A DNA stretch of 64,000 nucleotides from Candidatus Latescibacterota bacterium (GCA_965237675.1 OZ250150.1:3456001-3520000); one strand, 5' to 3'. Positions 1 to 8,952 are shown, counted from the first letter of the stretch. Numbers and translations: made by a program. Notes: generated from the letters alone by a model not told the origin.

Positions 1-15
1 AAACACGGGTGGAAC

Positions 16-1002
16 TCAGGGCAGGCGTTTGCCGAAGTTCTTTGCGAATTCCAGAAAGTCCGGAAAGTCGACCCGTCCGTTCCCATTCAGGTCGTAGATG
101 GCGTTGTCGGTGTTGAAGGCCTGGGCAAAGCCGATGAAGTCACTGAATCCGATTTCCCCGTCACCGTCGAAATCCGCCCGGGAGTCGCCATAGACAACGA
201 CGGCCGTTCCGGAGAGCGAGACGGCAATGCTGCTGTTTTCCGGGTCGTTGCTCAGAATAGTGATGGTGCCGGAGAAAGGGCCGGCCTCCACGGGGGTGAA
301 GGTGATTTCGACCTTCGCGCTGTCTCCCGCCGCAACGATTAGTTCGGTTTGACTGACGGAGACCCCGTCGAGGTCGGATTGAATGTTGGTAATGTCGAGG
401 GCGTTTTCGCCGGTATTCTTCACGACCAGGGTCAAGGTCCTGGATTCTCCCGCTGGAACGTCCTCACCAAAGTCGAGTGATGAATTGGAAATATTGATTG
501 CAGGCGGCAGGACGGTCAGCAGTTGGCGGATACGCGCGGCCGTGGCGCTAAGGCCGGATGCGGTGCGCCCCCCGATGTGGCGGACGATCCCTTCTCGGTC
601 CGCGACTAACAAAGTGTGAACACCGAGGGTGGTCTGAACGTTGCGGCCGGCCTCCAACAGCAGCGGGAATGTGATCGAGGTCGCTGCCTGAAAGCCTTGA
701 AGTTGCGACTTGTTGCCATTATATAGGTCAAGCCCCAGGACCGTTACGCCATCGTCCTGGAACGCCTTCCAGATCTCTTTTTCTATGGACGGACCCGCCG
801 CCCTGCACGTAGGTCAGTTATGGCCCAGGTAATAGAGGACCAGGACACTGCCCTTGTAATTCGCCGGGGTGTAGGTTTTTCCATCCAATCCCGTCAGCGA
901 GAAGTTGGGTACTGCATGGTCGACCTGCTGGGCTTCCGTGGGCCCCAACGGGTAGAGTCCCAGAACCAGCAGGAATACGACAAACGTAGCGATTCGACTC
1001 AT
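16..1002 (-). CDS. Exported selenocysteine-containing redoxin (AhpC/TSA/TlpA-like, U63-P-T-C66) fused to an Ig-like (ASH/choice-of-anchor D-like) domain and a C-terminal dockerin/EF-hand-like module; 328 aa
   Basis: ATG at 1002 with GGAGG RBS and signal peptide MSRIATFVVFLLVLG..TEA. In-frame TGA at 816-814 reads VLYYLGHN-U-PTC, and the frame stays open into track ORF 16..657. Redoxin motifs PNFSLTGLDGK, VTVLGLD, ITFPLL, DREGIV; C-terminal ADFDGDGEIGFSDF..YDLNGNGRVDFPDFLEFA. Confidence 0.85.
787..803 (-). promoter_or_regulatory. Putative bacterial SECIS element
   Basis: Minus strand reads UGA-CCUACGUGCA-GGGCGG-CGGGU-CCGUCC: a 6-bp stem whose G-containing loop starts after 16 nt downstream of the UGA. 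Confidence 0.65.
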
Positions 1003-1036
1003 CGCAATCCTCCATTGAGAGAGTGTGTGGCCTGCG

Positions 1037-2620
1037 TCAGAAATGGGTTTTAATTCGCATTTCAAGTCCATTGAATGGCAGCACCTGATAGCAGGTGCCC
1101 GATGTACATGCGGCGCCGCCGCGCCTGCGCCCGGCGAAAACGAGGGCTTCGTATCGTTCAAGGAAGCGGACGTTCAGATTGACCGCCAACCAGGTGCGCG
1201 TCCCGGTCTCAATCCGATCCGCCGTTGCGCCATCGTCCACTTCAAACGGATCGTTGGTGCGGTCCAGAACAAGAGCGGCACCCATGCCCGACGAATGCTG
1301 ATACGAGGCCTGGGCAAAGACATCCCGGAACGCCGGTTCGTTTTGTGGTAGCCTGGCCGCGCGCCGGACCTGCAGATTGAATCCCAGGACATCCCCGCGG
1401 GGTGTAATGGATTCGACCCCCACGCCAGCGATTCTGTGCTTCCCGATCCCCTTCAGTTCGTCTTTTCCCCAGTCGACGAACAGGTTGGTTGAGATCGCGT
1501 GGCCCCGATCTTCCGACGGGAGGTCGACGTCCACGCCTAAATACCGCTCGTTGAAGGTTTTTACGAAGCCGGGCGCCAGTTCGTTCTCTCCCGTGCTTAT
1601 GTTGGCCGTCAGCGTGCCCAGGCCGAATAGCGTATATGTGGCTTCCGCCTGATAGCCTTTTTCGGTATCGGCAAGCAGGGCGTGGGTAGATCTGTTGAGT
1701 AACACAGCCGAATGTTCACGAACCAGGGATGGGGGATCGTTGAAACTGAAGGCGAAATTCCGATAGTCTTTATATTCCACGCTCAGGCCCAGGTTTGAAA
1801 TGCCGGAGTTGGCGGAAAGATAGAGGGCGCTTCCGTCCACGTGAATGTCCTTCAGCCCGGCATATTCGGCGTAGACGGTCGCGTAGACGTCCGGCCGGCC
1901 CGATGCTTCGAATGCGGGAGTCATGTCGAGTTCCAGGAAACCGGACCATGTGCGGGTTGAGTCAAGCCTGCTGGCATGATGGCTGACGGCCGTGACACCT
2001 GTCTTGATCGGGTTGGTGGGGCGTAACGAGATCTCGCCCCCGACGAGCCAGTTGTCCCTCCGAGGTATCTCGCGCAGAGGGTCTCCCGCCCGTACCGCGG
2101 GCGGAATGTCGCCCAATACGGGACGCCCGATCAGGGCTTTGGCCTCGGCTTGCCGTCCCGACCAGGTGGCTATACCGCCCTCCAGGTCTCGCGACGGCGA
2201 ATAGCGACGCCGGTATTGAGCGCTCTCCAGTATCACCCCCGGGAGATCGAAGGCCCTGAGCGTGATTCCCCGGCCCAGTATGGCGTAGTAGTTGCCCGCG
2301 ACCAGTTCGGTGGGTCCGCGATTCCACCGCAGGTGCTTCTGTGAAATATGCACCACCTGGTAGTCAACCGTTGAAAGCTGCGAGCCCGGGGCGGGGTGCC
2401 GCCACGAATTGAAGATTTCCGCCCGGATTCCTGCCTGAAGTCCGTGCCGGTTATAATCGACATCGAACTGCTCGTAAAGTGTGGAGACCGCCAGTGAATC
2501 CCCGCCCGGTACGCGGCCGCGCTGGATTTCGGTCAGACTGAAGGCCGTGACTTGCGCGGATGACGGGGTCGCGTTGAGGAGCAAAAGGAGTGCTCCCAGG
2601 CTATTTCTCAGCGTGGGCAT
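1037..2620 (-). CDS. Putative outer-membrane beta-barrel protein (DUF6029-like) with C-terminal CxxGxC motif
   Basis: Signal peptide, alternating amphipathic strands, C-terminal Phe, VAGNYYAILGRGITLR and SVEYKDY..NDPPSL segments, tail RRGGAACTSGTCYQVLPFNG. Family name is recalled, not searched. Confidence 0.7.
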   Translation of the reverse strand: MPTLRNSLGALLLLLNATPSSAQVTAFSLTEIQRGRVPGGDSLAVSTLYEQFDVDYNRHGLQAGIRAEIFNSWRHPAPGSQLSTVDYQVVHISQKHLRWNRGPTELVAGNYYAILGRGITLRAFDLPGVILESAQYRRRYSPSRDLEGGIATWSGRQAEAKALIGRPVLGDIPPAVRAGDPLREIPRRDNWLVGGEISLRPTNPIKTGVTAVSHHASRLDSTRTWSGFLELDMTPAFEASGRPDVYATVYAEYAGLKDIHVDGSALYLSANSGISNLGLSVEYKDYRNFAFSFNDPPSLVREHSAVLLNRSTHALLADTEKGYQAEATYTLFGLGTLTANISTGENELAPGFVKTFNERYLGVDVDLPSEDRGHAISTNLFVDWGKDELKGIGKHRIAGVGVESITPRGDVLGFNLQVRRAARLPQNEPAFRDVFAQASYQHSSGMGAALVLDRTNDPFEVDDGATADRIETGTRTWLAVNLNVRFLERYEALVFAGRRRGGAACTSGTCYQVLPFNGLEMRIKTHF

Positions 2621-3137
2621 CTGCGTTTGCCTCGGCGTCTCCGGGCTTTGAAAAGAGCGACTCTACTGCGGCCAGTAACGCTTCGGCGTTTTTCGAATTG
2701 TATCCGACCTGCCGGAGCGTAATCTCGCCATTCTGCGTGATCAACAGCGTGGTTGGCAGGACATTGACTTGCATTCGCCGCATCACGCCGCTGTCGGAGT
2801 CCAGGGCGATGGGGAAGCTGACGTTTCGCGCCCGGAGAAAGGGTTTCACCCTGTTCTGGCCTCGTGGCCCGTCCACGTTGATGCCAAGTACCGTGAGTCC
2901 GGATTTTCCGTATTTCTCGTGGATCTTCTGAAGTTTGGGCATCGCCTTGACGCAGGGCTTGCAATAGGTCGCCCAGAAATCCAGAAGCACCGGTCCTTTC
3001 GTCAGAAGGGTTTTGAGGTTGACCCGTTCGCCCTGCAGGTTCCGGAGGTTGAAGTCGGGCGCGGAGGCGGCATCCGAGGATGCGACGCCGAGGACGATGG
3101 AGGCGATTGCAACGAACAATGGACGATTCGATTTCAT
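2601..3137 (-). CDS. TlpA/ResA-family thiol-disulfide oxidoreductase (exported)
   Basis: APDFNLRNLQG, LLDFWATYCKPC, cis-Pro VLPTTLLI, N-terminal signal peptide. Start trimmed to ATG 3137; stop overlaps the next gene's start by 20 nt. Confidence 0.9.
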   Translation of the reverse strand: MKSNRPLFVAIASIVLGVASSDAASAPDFNLRNLQGERVNLKTLLTKGPVLLDFWATYCKPCVKAMPKLQKIHEKYGKSGLTVLGINVDGPRGQNRVKPFLRARNVSFPIALDSDSGVMRRMQVNVLPTTLLITQNGEITLRQVGYNSKNAEALLAAVESLFSKPGDAEANADAHAEK

Positions 3138-3267
3138 CAATAGGAACTCTCCGCTGAACCGCGCCGGCCTGAGCACTGAAGGTTTTTCATGGCATAGGCG
3201 CCCGGACCTCGGTGTGGTTTCCGGCCCGGGACTCGCCATTGCGACGCATTTTGCGTCGAATCGCTTA

Positions 3268-3296
3268 ACAATAACCGAAATTCCCCGCCACATCAA
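3268..3296 (-). promoter_or_regulatory. Putative sigma70 promoter of the tlpA-barrel-selenoprotein operon
   Basis: TTGATG-17-TATTGT, followed by inverted repeat CGACGCA-N3-TGCGTCG at 3242-3258. Confidence 0.45.
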
Positions 3297-3572
3297 GCAC
3301 GATTTTTTCTGCCCGAGTGCCGCCGTACATTGAGAAGATGGGGATCACAACGCACCGGCTGCGCCGGAGCCCTGCAAGCAAGGTAACAACAGTATGGTGC
3401 GGAACTGACCGACGACCCGAAACTCTCCCACCCGGGCAGCCAGGGTCGCGCCGGCGGGAGACCGCCTGGTCAATCAGGATGGCGCGAATGGTTTGCGATC
3501 CTCTGAAAAGTCTTTGTGCAGTCCAGCCGAGTGCGAGGTGCGATGACCGCCCTTCCTTCAATCCGTTTCCGC

Positions 3573-3601
3573 TTGCAGCGCCTTTCCACTCAGCCTATAT
3601 T
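3573..3601 (+). promoter_or_regulatory. Putative sigma70 promoter for the Gfo/Idh/MocA gene
   Basis: TTGCAG-17-TATATT. Confidence 0.5.
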
Positions 3602-3614
3602 GAAAATATACATC

Positions 3615-3638
3615 CCACTTGCGGGCGCCCGCAAGTGG
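3615..3638. repeat. Perfect 24-bp palindrome
   Basis: CCACTTGCGGGCGCCCGCAAGTGG equals its own reverse complement. Confidence 0.9.
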
Positions 3639-3764
3639 CGGAAATATAATGTCATTAATGCGCCGGGGTCGCGACAAGCGCGTTATCGTGTAGTCAATGG
3701 CGAGGCCGGGCGCGAGGCCGTCCGCGTTGCGGGCGGTCGTTGAATTTCATCAGGAAGGGGCGCA

Positions 3765-4817
3765 ATGGTACAGATTGGCATTATCGGTATCGGATTTATG
3801 GGGATGACCCACTATCGAGGCGCCCGTCGGGTGAAAGGCGGGAAGGTGACGGCCATCTGCACGCGGGACGAAAAAAAGTTAAAGGGGGATTGGCGGGGGA
3901 TTCACGGGAATTTCGGGGACCCCGGAGGCATTGAAGATTTGTCCGGGATCCGGACGTACCGGAAGATCGAAGATCTGTTGGCGGATCCGGAAATCGATCT
4001 TGTGAACATCTGCCTGCCCTCGGCGATGCATAGGGACGTGACGATAGCGGCGTTGCGGGCGGGAAAGCACGTGCTGCTTGAAAAACCGATCGCGTTGAAC
4101 CCGAAAGACGCCAACCGGATGGTTCAAGAGGCAAGCAAGACGCGGCGCTCGCTGATGGTGGCGCAGGTGCTGCCGTTTTTTCCGGAATTCGCCTATGCCC
4201 GAAGGGTCGTGGAGGAGGGGAAGTACGGCGAGCTTCTGGGCGCGCACTTCAAGCGGATTATTTCGCAGCCCGACTGGTCTTCCGAATTTGGAGACGTCGA
4301 ACGAAGCGGCGGACCGGGTGTTGACCTGCACATCCACGATACCCACTACATTCTTCTGCTGTGCGGCGTCCCCGACCAGGTATCTTCAACCGGCCGCCTC
4401 GTTAACGATCGTTACGCCGAGTATCTGTGTACGAGCTACAGGTACCACGACCGACCGGGTCTGAGCATCACCTGCGCTTCCGGGGCGATTTCGCAGCCCG
4501 GCCGCGCGTTTGCCCACGGATTCGAGATCTACCTCGAGCAGGCAACGCTGATTTACGAATTTGCCACGTTGGGCGATAAGCCGGTTCTGTCCATGCCTCT
4601 CACGCTACTTACGGACGACAAGAAAGTCCGAAAACCCAGATTGGGCTCGGGCGATCCGGTAGTCGCGTTTACTCGTGAGATTCAGGCTGCGGTCGATGAA
4701 GTGGCGAGCGGGGTTCCCGCCGAGGCACTGTCCGGGGTTCGGGCGGCGGACGCCCTCCGGCTCTGTTTCAAGGAGGTCGAGTCCGTGCGTCGCGGGCGGG
4801 CGGTGCGGGTAAAATAG
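3765..4817 (+). CDS. Gfo/Idh/MocA-family NAD(P)-dependent oxidoreductase
   Basis: IGIIGIGFMG Rossmann motif, AGKHVLLEKP, GGPGVDLHIHD. Confidence 0.92.
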   Translation: MVQIGIIGIGFMGMTHYRGARRVKGGKVTAICTRDEKKLKGDWRGIHGNFGDPGGIEDLSGIRTYRKIEDLLADPEIDLVNICLPSAMHRDVTIAALRAGKHVLLEKPIALNPKDANRMVQEASKTRRSLMVAQVLPFFPEFAYARRVVEEGKYGELLGAHFKRIISQPDWSSEFGDVERSGGPGVDLHIHDTHYILLLCGVPDQVSSTGRLVNDRYAEYLCTSYRYHDRPGLSITCASGAISQPGRAFAHGFEIYLEQATLIYEFATLGDKPVLSMPLTLLTDDKKVRKPRLGSGDPVVAFTREIQAAVDEVASGVPAEALSGVRAADALRLCFKEVESVRRGRAVRVK

Positions 4818-5014
4818 GGAATGGGCGAGGATAGGGAGGAAAGCGCTGGGCGGACGAGCGGTCACGGGTGTGAGACAGATTCGGAGCGTGACGTATCGGG
4901 ATACATCGCCTGCTTGTTTTCGAAGGGCATACTACGGCGGATTCCGATGTCGCATCTTCGGGTTTGCTCGGAGCCCGGACCGGGCAGAAATCGCCGCGTT
5001 CCCGCTTACCGGCG

Positions 5015-6472
5015 TTAATTTCTCACCGCGATATCAACCGGTTTGCCCTGGGCGAACTCCGCTTCGACATTGCTCAGGCCGAAAAGGGTCGCGGAAAGGT
5101 CTCGGAGGGAGAGGGGTTCGGTAACGCGCAGACCCGCCGGCAGGCGGGGACCGATGAGAAGCGCGCGGTTGCCTGCCACATCCAGTAAGGCCAGGGTCGT
5201 CCGGTTCTGATAGCGGTGATGCTCCAGTACGACTTTCCGGATCTGTTCGATCGTATTGCGGCTGTCGGATCCGCCGGACAATTGAAAAAGCATCAGATCG
5301 GGTTGCGCCCTGGGAAGACAGGCAAGGACAAGCGAACTCACGAAGGCGTTCTTGAGTTCCAGGTTCTGATCGGAAGAAACGAGGGTCCTGACGACGAGCC
5401 GCGCCAGGACTTTGTTTTTGACGATTTTGTTGATTTTAAGTTTTTTCGGGGTGAGCGTCGGGTAGACAACATTGTCGATAAATGCCTGTGACCTGCCCTC
5501 CGACCTGGCTTCGTCCAGTGCAAGGCGGATTTTTTCCGCCGCCTGGTCTAAAGCGGAAGCCCGCACCGAGAGACACCCGAATTTCTTGTATTTCTTGTGT
5601 TTGCTGCGGTCCGGCGGGGCGCGATCGTCGAGATAGAAAGCCAGTGTGCGGGTACGGGTTTTGTCGTTAAGGGCGCGATTGTGATATTCGAAAAGGGTCG
5701 GGTGTGCGAGTTTGTCTCCCTTCAGCGCGTCGTCGCGGCCGGTCAGCAGGGTGGCCAGCCATCGTTCTGGCGGATTCGAAAAGGGCACGGTCTCCAGAAG
5801 GGTTCCCTGCGCGAGCAGGCTCTCGTCCAGCGTTGAATCGGATGATCCGGATTGCGCATGCATGATTGCGATTGCGAGTAGCGCCGGGGGGAAGTCCGCA
5901 CCCTCATAGACAAACCGATTGAACGCGGTTTCGATTCTTGCCCTCTGTTCCGGCATAATTTGCACATCAGGATTTCGCGGCCGCCTCTGAGCCGGCTCCC
6001 CGCGTTGCCCGGTTCCACGTCGCCGGCCAGGACCCTGTCGCAGTCCAGGTTCCCGACGTTGTCCAGGGCCCCTTCGCGTCCCGAAGATGCCTGCGATCGC
6101 CTCGCCGAAAGCCGCGCGCAGATCCCCATTCGACGCTTCCCTGGCCTTTATGAAAAAGTGTCTGAATCGCTCCCGCTCCTGCGGGAAGAAGTCATCCCAG
6201 TGTGTCAAAGAGTTAAGTATATAAGTCCTTATCGGGAGGGGAAGCCGGCGAAACGTCTCCTCGTTCCCCTTGACCAGGTCGTAGGCGCCAGTGGGGAGGT
6301 TGGAGAACTGGTCTCTTTGAAGTGGACTGAGATCAACGCCCCCGCCGCCTCTTCGACCTCTTCCGCCTCCGCCCCTTCGTTGCGCAAGCGTGTCCTCACA
6401 GGCAAGCAATAGGACAAGAAGGGTTGCCACGAGCGATATTATTCCTTGAGATGGTCTGGGGTAAACGGTCAT
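5015..6472 (-). CDS. Exported hypothetical protein with R/G-rich linkers and a degenerate alkaline-phosphatase/sulfatase-like C-terminus
   Basis: 485-aa ORF with GGAGG RBS and hydrophobic signal ending LLAC. C-terminal LLIGPRLPAG..LRDLSATLFGL..QGKPV resembles AlkP-superfamily ends. Confidence 0.6.
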   Translation of the reverse strand: MTVYPRPSQGIISLVATLLVLLLACEDTLAQRRGGGGRGRRGGGGVDLSPLQRDQFSNLPTGAYDLVKGNEETFRRLPLPIRTYILNSLTHWDDFFPQERERFRHFFIKAREASNGDLRAAFGEAIAGIFGTRRGPGQRREPGLRQGPGRRRGTGQRGEPAQRRPRNPDVQIMPEQRARIETAFNRFVYEGADFPPALLAIAIMHAQSGSSDSTLDESLLAQGTLLETVPFSNPPERWLATLLTGRDDALKGDKLAHPTLFEYHNRALNDKTRTRTLAFYLDDRAPPDRSKHKKYKKFGCLSVRASALDQAAEKIRLALDEARSEGRSQAFIDNVVYPTLTPKKLKINKIVKNKVLARLVVRTLVSSDQNLELKNAFVSSLVLACLPRAQPDLMLFQLSGGSDSRNTIEQIRKVVLEHHRYQNRTTLALLDVAGNRALLIGPRLPAGLRVTEPLSLRDLSATLFGLSNVEAEFAQGKPVDIAVRN

Positions 6473-6643
6473 TTTTCGCCTCCCCGAGCGAAGGTCAAGG
6501 AATTACGTACATGGTTTGGTTGCGGACTCTGCTTCGCGGCCGATTTTGTCAGCCGTAGACGATCGATTCCGCTGCTTTTGTCGCCCGCCGCGCCGTCGTG
6601 AACGAGGGCAGGACCGTCGCGCGAAACCGGGCGGGACGGTCGT

Positions 6644-7420
6644 TTAAAGGTGTTCTCGAAGCCAATATAGGATTTCGGCGCGGGCCGCCGGGTTGTTCAG
6701 GAGAGCCGGACCGTTGGCTGTGCCCTGGTATCCGCTGACCCGAACCGGCTCCCCGGTACGCTGTGCCAGGATTTCGGAAGAGGTATACGCGTACCCGTCG
6801 CCGTGGGCCGCCATGAACAGGATCGAGCGCGGCCGAAAGTTCGGGACACTGTTGCCGAGCAGGATATCCTGACTGAGCCGGGTGATGAGGGATATGACGA
6901 CCGACGTCCTGACGTCCGGATAGATGCCGGAACTGACGTAAGCAATGTTGGCGCCAAGCGCCGCGCCCACGAGTCCGATACGCCCTGCGTCGACGTCGGG
7001 ACGTTTCTTGAGCCAGCCGAGCGCACCCTCGATATCCAGGGGCATTTTGTTGATATCTTCCGTCTGGAAGGTGCTGCGCGGAAAATAGACGTCGTTCCGG
7101 AAGGTGCTCCCTCCATGTCCTCGAATGTCGTAGGCAAGCACATGGTATCCCTCGTTGGTCAGTTCCGGCACGAAGGGAATCCAGATATCGAGGTTCTGGT
7201 CGAAGGGGTGGATGAGGACAACAGCGGGCCGCCGCCCCGTCTGGCGGTTGGAGGTAAACCAGGCTGCAAGAATGCGAAAGCCGTCGGGAGTCGTAAATGA
7301 GACCGCCTCGCCCGTAACCATCTCCGGCGGCGTCGTTGGCTCGCCGTCGGTTGGCTGTCTGCCGCAATCCGTCGAAAGTAGGGCGAACGCTATGAGAGCG
7401 AGATATTTGCAAGGTGCCAT
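6644..7420 (-). CDS. Alpha/beta-hydrolase-fold lipoprotein, apparently lacking the catalytic Ser and His
   Basis: Lipoprotein-like signal, PAVVLIHP, LAYDIRGHGGS, RIGLVGAALGAN (GxSxG site reads GAALG), GTANG in place of GxxHG. Confidence 0.8.
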   Translation of the reverse strand: MAPCKYLALIAFALLSTDCGRQPTDGEPTTPPEMVTGEAVSFTTPDGFRILAAWFTSNRQTGRRPAVVLIHPFDQNLDIWIPFVPELTNEGYHVLAYDIRGHGGSTFRNDVYFPRSTFQTEDINKMPLDIEGALGWLKKRPDVDAGRIGLVGAALGANIAYVSSGIYPDVRTSVVISLITRLSQDILLGNSVPNFRPRSILFMAAHGDGYAYTSSEILAQRTGEPVRVSGYQGTANGPALLNNPAARAEILYWLREHL

Positions 7421-7909
7421 GCGCCGTTGTAGCCGGTAAGGTTTATGGAAACATGATTATTGTCGCTCGACGTCTAAATTAACGACATCAGGCCTCCAAA
7501 GACAAGCGCGTATTGAACGCCGCTACCGATCGTTGCGCGTACCCGGTGAAATTTTAGCGAGTCCTGGATTGCGAAACCGGCAAACACGACCTGCTACTTC
7601 TGTATCGGCCAACGCCAGGCCGGCGGTATAACCCGTTACCGCGTGAAGGCGTCGTGACCCGTACCGGGTCAAACGGAACAGGGTCCGCTACCCCTTTTGG
7701 GCCGCAGGGCCGGCACGAAGCCGTACAACAAATGGCAACGGGGCGGACGGGATGGCAGCACGGAATTGGAGACATCCACGGACAGGGCATTAGCGGTTGC
7801 CATGTCGATTCTTAGACCATAAATTACCGAAATTCGTTCCGGAAAGCGCGTGTGTGCACGAGACGCCGGCCGGTTTCTTTCCATTCGATCTGCTTGAAGG
7901 AGATTCTCA

Positions 7910-8731
7910 ATGTTTCGGATTACCCTGTGTTGGATGGCGGCGGTAGCACTCATCGTTCCGGCCGTTGTCGCGGACGGGTACGATCAACGACCTATCGAGA
8001 CCCCCGGCATCTCCCCTCGCGCCGCCGGCGCAGGTCGGAAGGCGGGCCCTTCGAAGGTGCGCAACCGGGCGGGGATGGAATTCGTGTTGATTCCAGCGGG
8101 TAAATTTCGCATGGGATCGGCGAGCGACGAGGCCGGAGACCAGGAAAAGCCGGTAACGGAGGTGACGATTGGGCAGGCATTCTACATGGGAAAGCACGAG
8201 GTTACCCAAAAGCAATGGGAAAAGTTAATGGGGAACAGACCTTCGGACTTCAAGAGATGCAATGACTGTCCAGTGGAACATATTTCATGGAACGACGCGC
8301 AGGCGTTTGTCCGCGCGCTCAACGACATGGAGGATTCGAAGCGGTATCGATTGCCCACCGAGGCCGAGTGGGAGTACGCCGCTCGCGGAGGGACGGCTGG
8401 GGACCGATACGGTGCCAACCTGGATGCAATCGCATGGTATGACAAGAATTGCGACGAACGTCCGCACCCGGTCGGGAAGAAAAAGCCGAACGGATTCGGA
8501 CTGTACGACATGCTTGGAAATGTCTACGAATGGGTCCAGGACTGGAAGGGCACGTACCCTGGCGGAGAAGTGACAGATCCGCGGGGCCCCGCCCGGGGAA
8601 AGTTCCGGATGATGCGGGGCGGAAGCTGGGAGAACGGCGCACAGAGTTGCCGGGCTACGCACCGCCTCGACGCGTCGCCCGGTTTCCGGATCCACGTTCT
8701 GGGCTTGCGGGTACTGATGGAAGCCCGTTAA
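7910..8731 (+). CDS. Formylglycine-generating enzyme (FGE-sulfatase/SUMF1) domain protein, exported
   Basis: AAGGAG RBS, signal peptide, FVLIPAGKFRMGS, RLPTEAEWEYAARGG, NGFGLYDMLGNVYEW, RGGSW. Confidence 0.92.
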   Translation: MFRITLCWMAAVALIVPAVVADGYDQRPIETPGISPRAAGAGRKAGPSKVRNRAGMEFVLIPAGKFRMGSASDEAGDQEKPVTEVTIGQAFYMGKHEVTQKQWEKLMGNRPSDFKRCNDCPVEHISWNDAQAFVRALNDMEDSKRYRLPTEAEWEYAARGGTAGDRYGANLDAIAWYDKNCDERPHPVGKKKPNGFGLYDMLGNVYEWVQDWKGTYPGGEVTDPRGPARGKFRMMRGGSWENGAQSCRATHRLDASPGFRIHVLGLRVLMEAR

Positions 8732-8952
8732 CGCAAAATAGTATTGTTTCTCCACTCTACGCGGGTGTACATTTGCGGTTCGTGGAGGAAGTTGGCGGCC
8801 GTGTCGCTGAACTCGGTTCGCAATCAGGATGGAAAGGCGCGGGAAAAAGGACGGCACGTCCCAAGGAATTCCTTTCAATTCACCGGTAAAGACGTTCCCA
8901 ACCCCGTTTTGGCCTGACGGGCGGCATTTTCGGTCGAAAAGCCAAAAAAGAC

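Noticed and set aside
814-1161. Track ORFs 814..1161 and 16..657 as two separate genes or a nonsense pseudogene
   Set aside because: They share a frame, the single TGA is at the redox-Cys position with a hairpin behind it, and there is no other lesion. One recoded gene explains them better.
3265-3649. ORFs in the tlpA-Gfo intergenic region
   Set aside because: Arg/Pro/Ser-rich non-coding-like composition, and they overlap promoter elements.
7547-7657. Short frame with CYFC (CxxC) bounded by TGA codons in the 7420-7910 spacer
   Set aside because: No start codon or RBS in the frame and no domain similarity.
7910-8731. FGE-domain protein as a true sulfatase-maturing enzyme
   Set aside because: It lacks the catalytic Cys pair after RGGS (reads RGGSWENGAQSCR) and is exported, so it is a generic FGE-fold protein.
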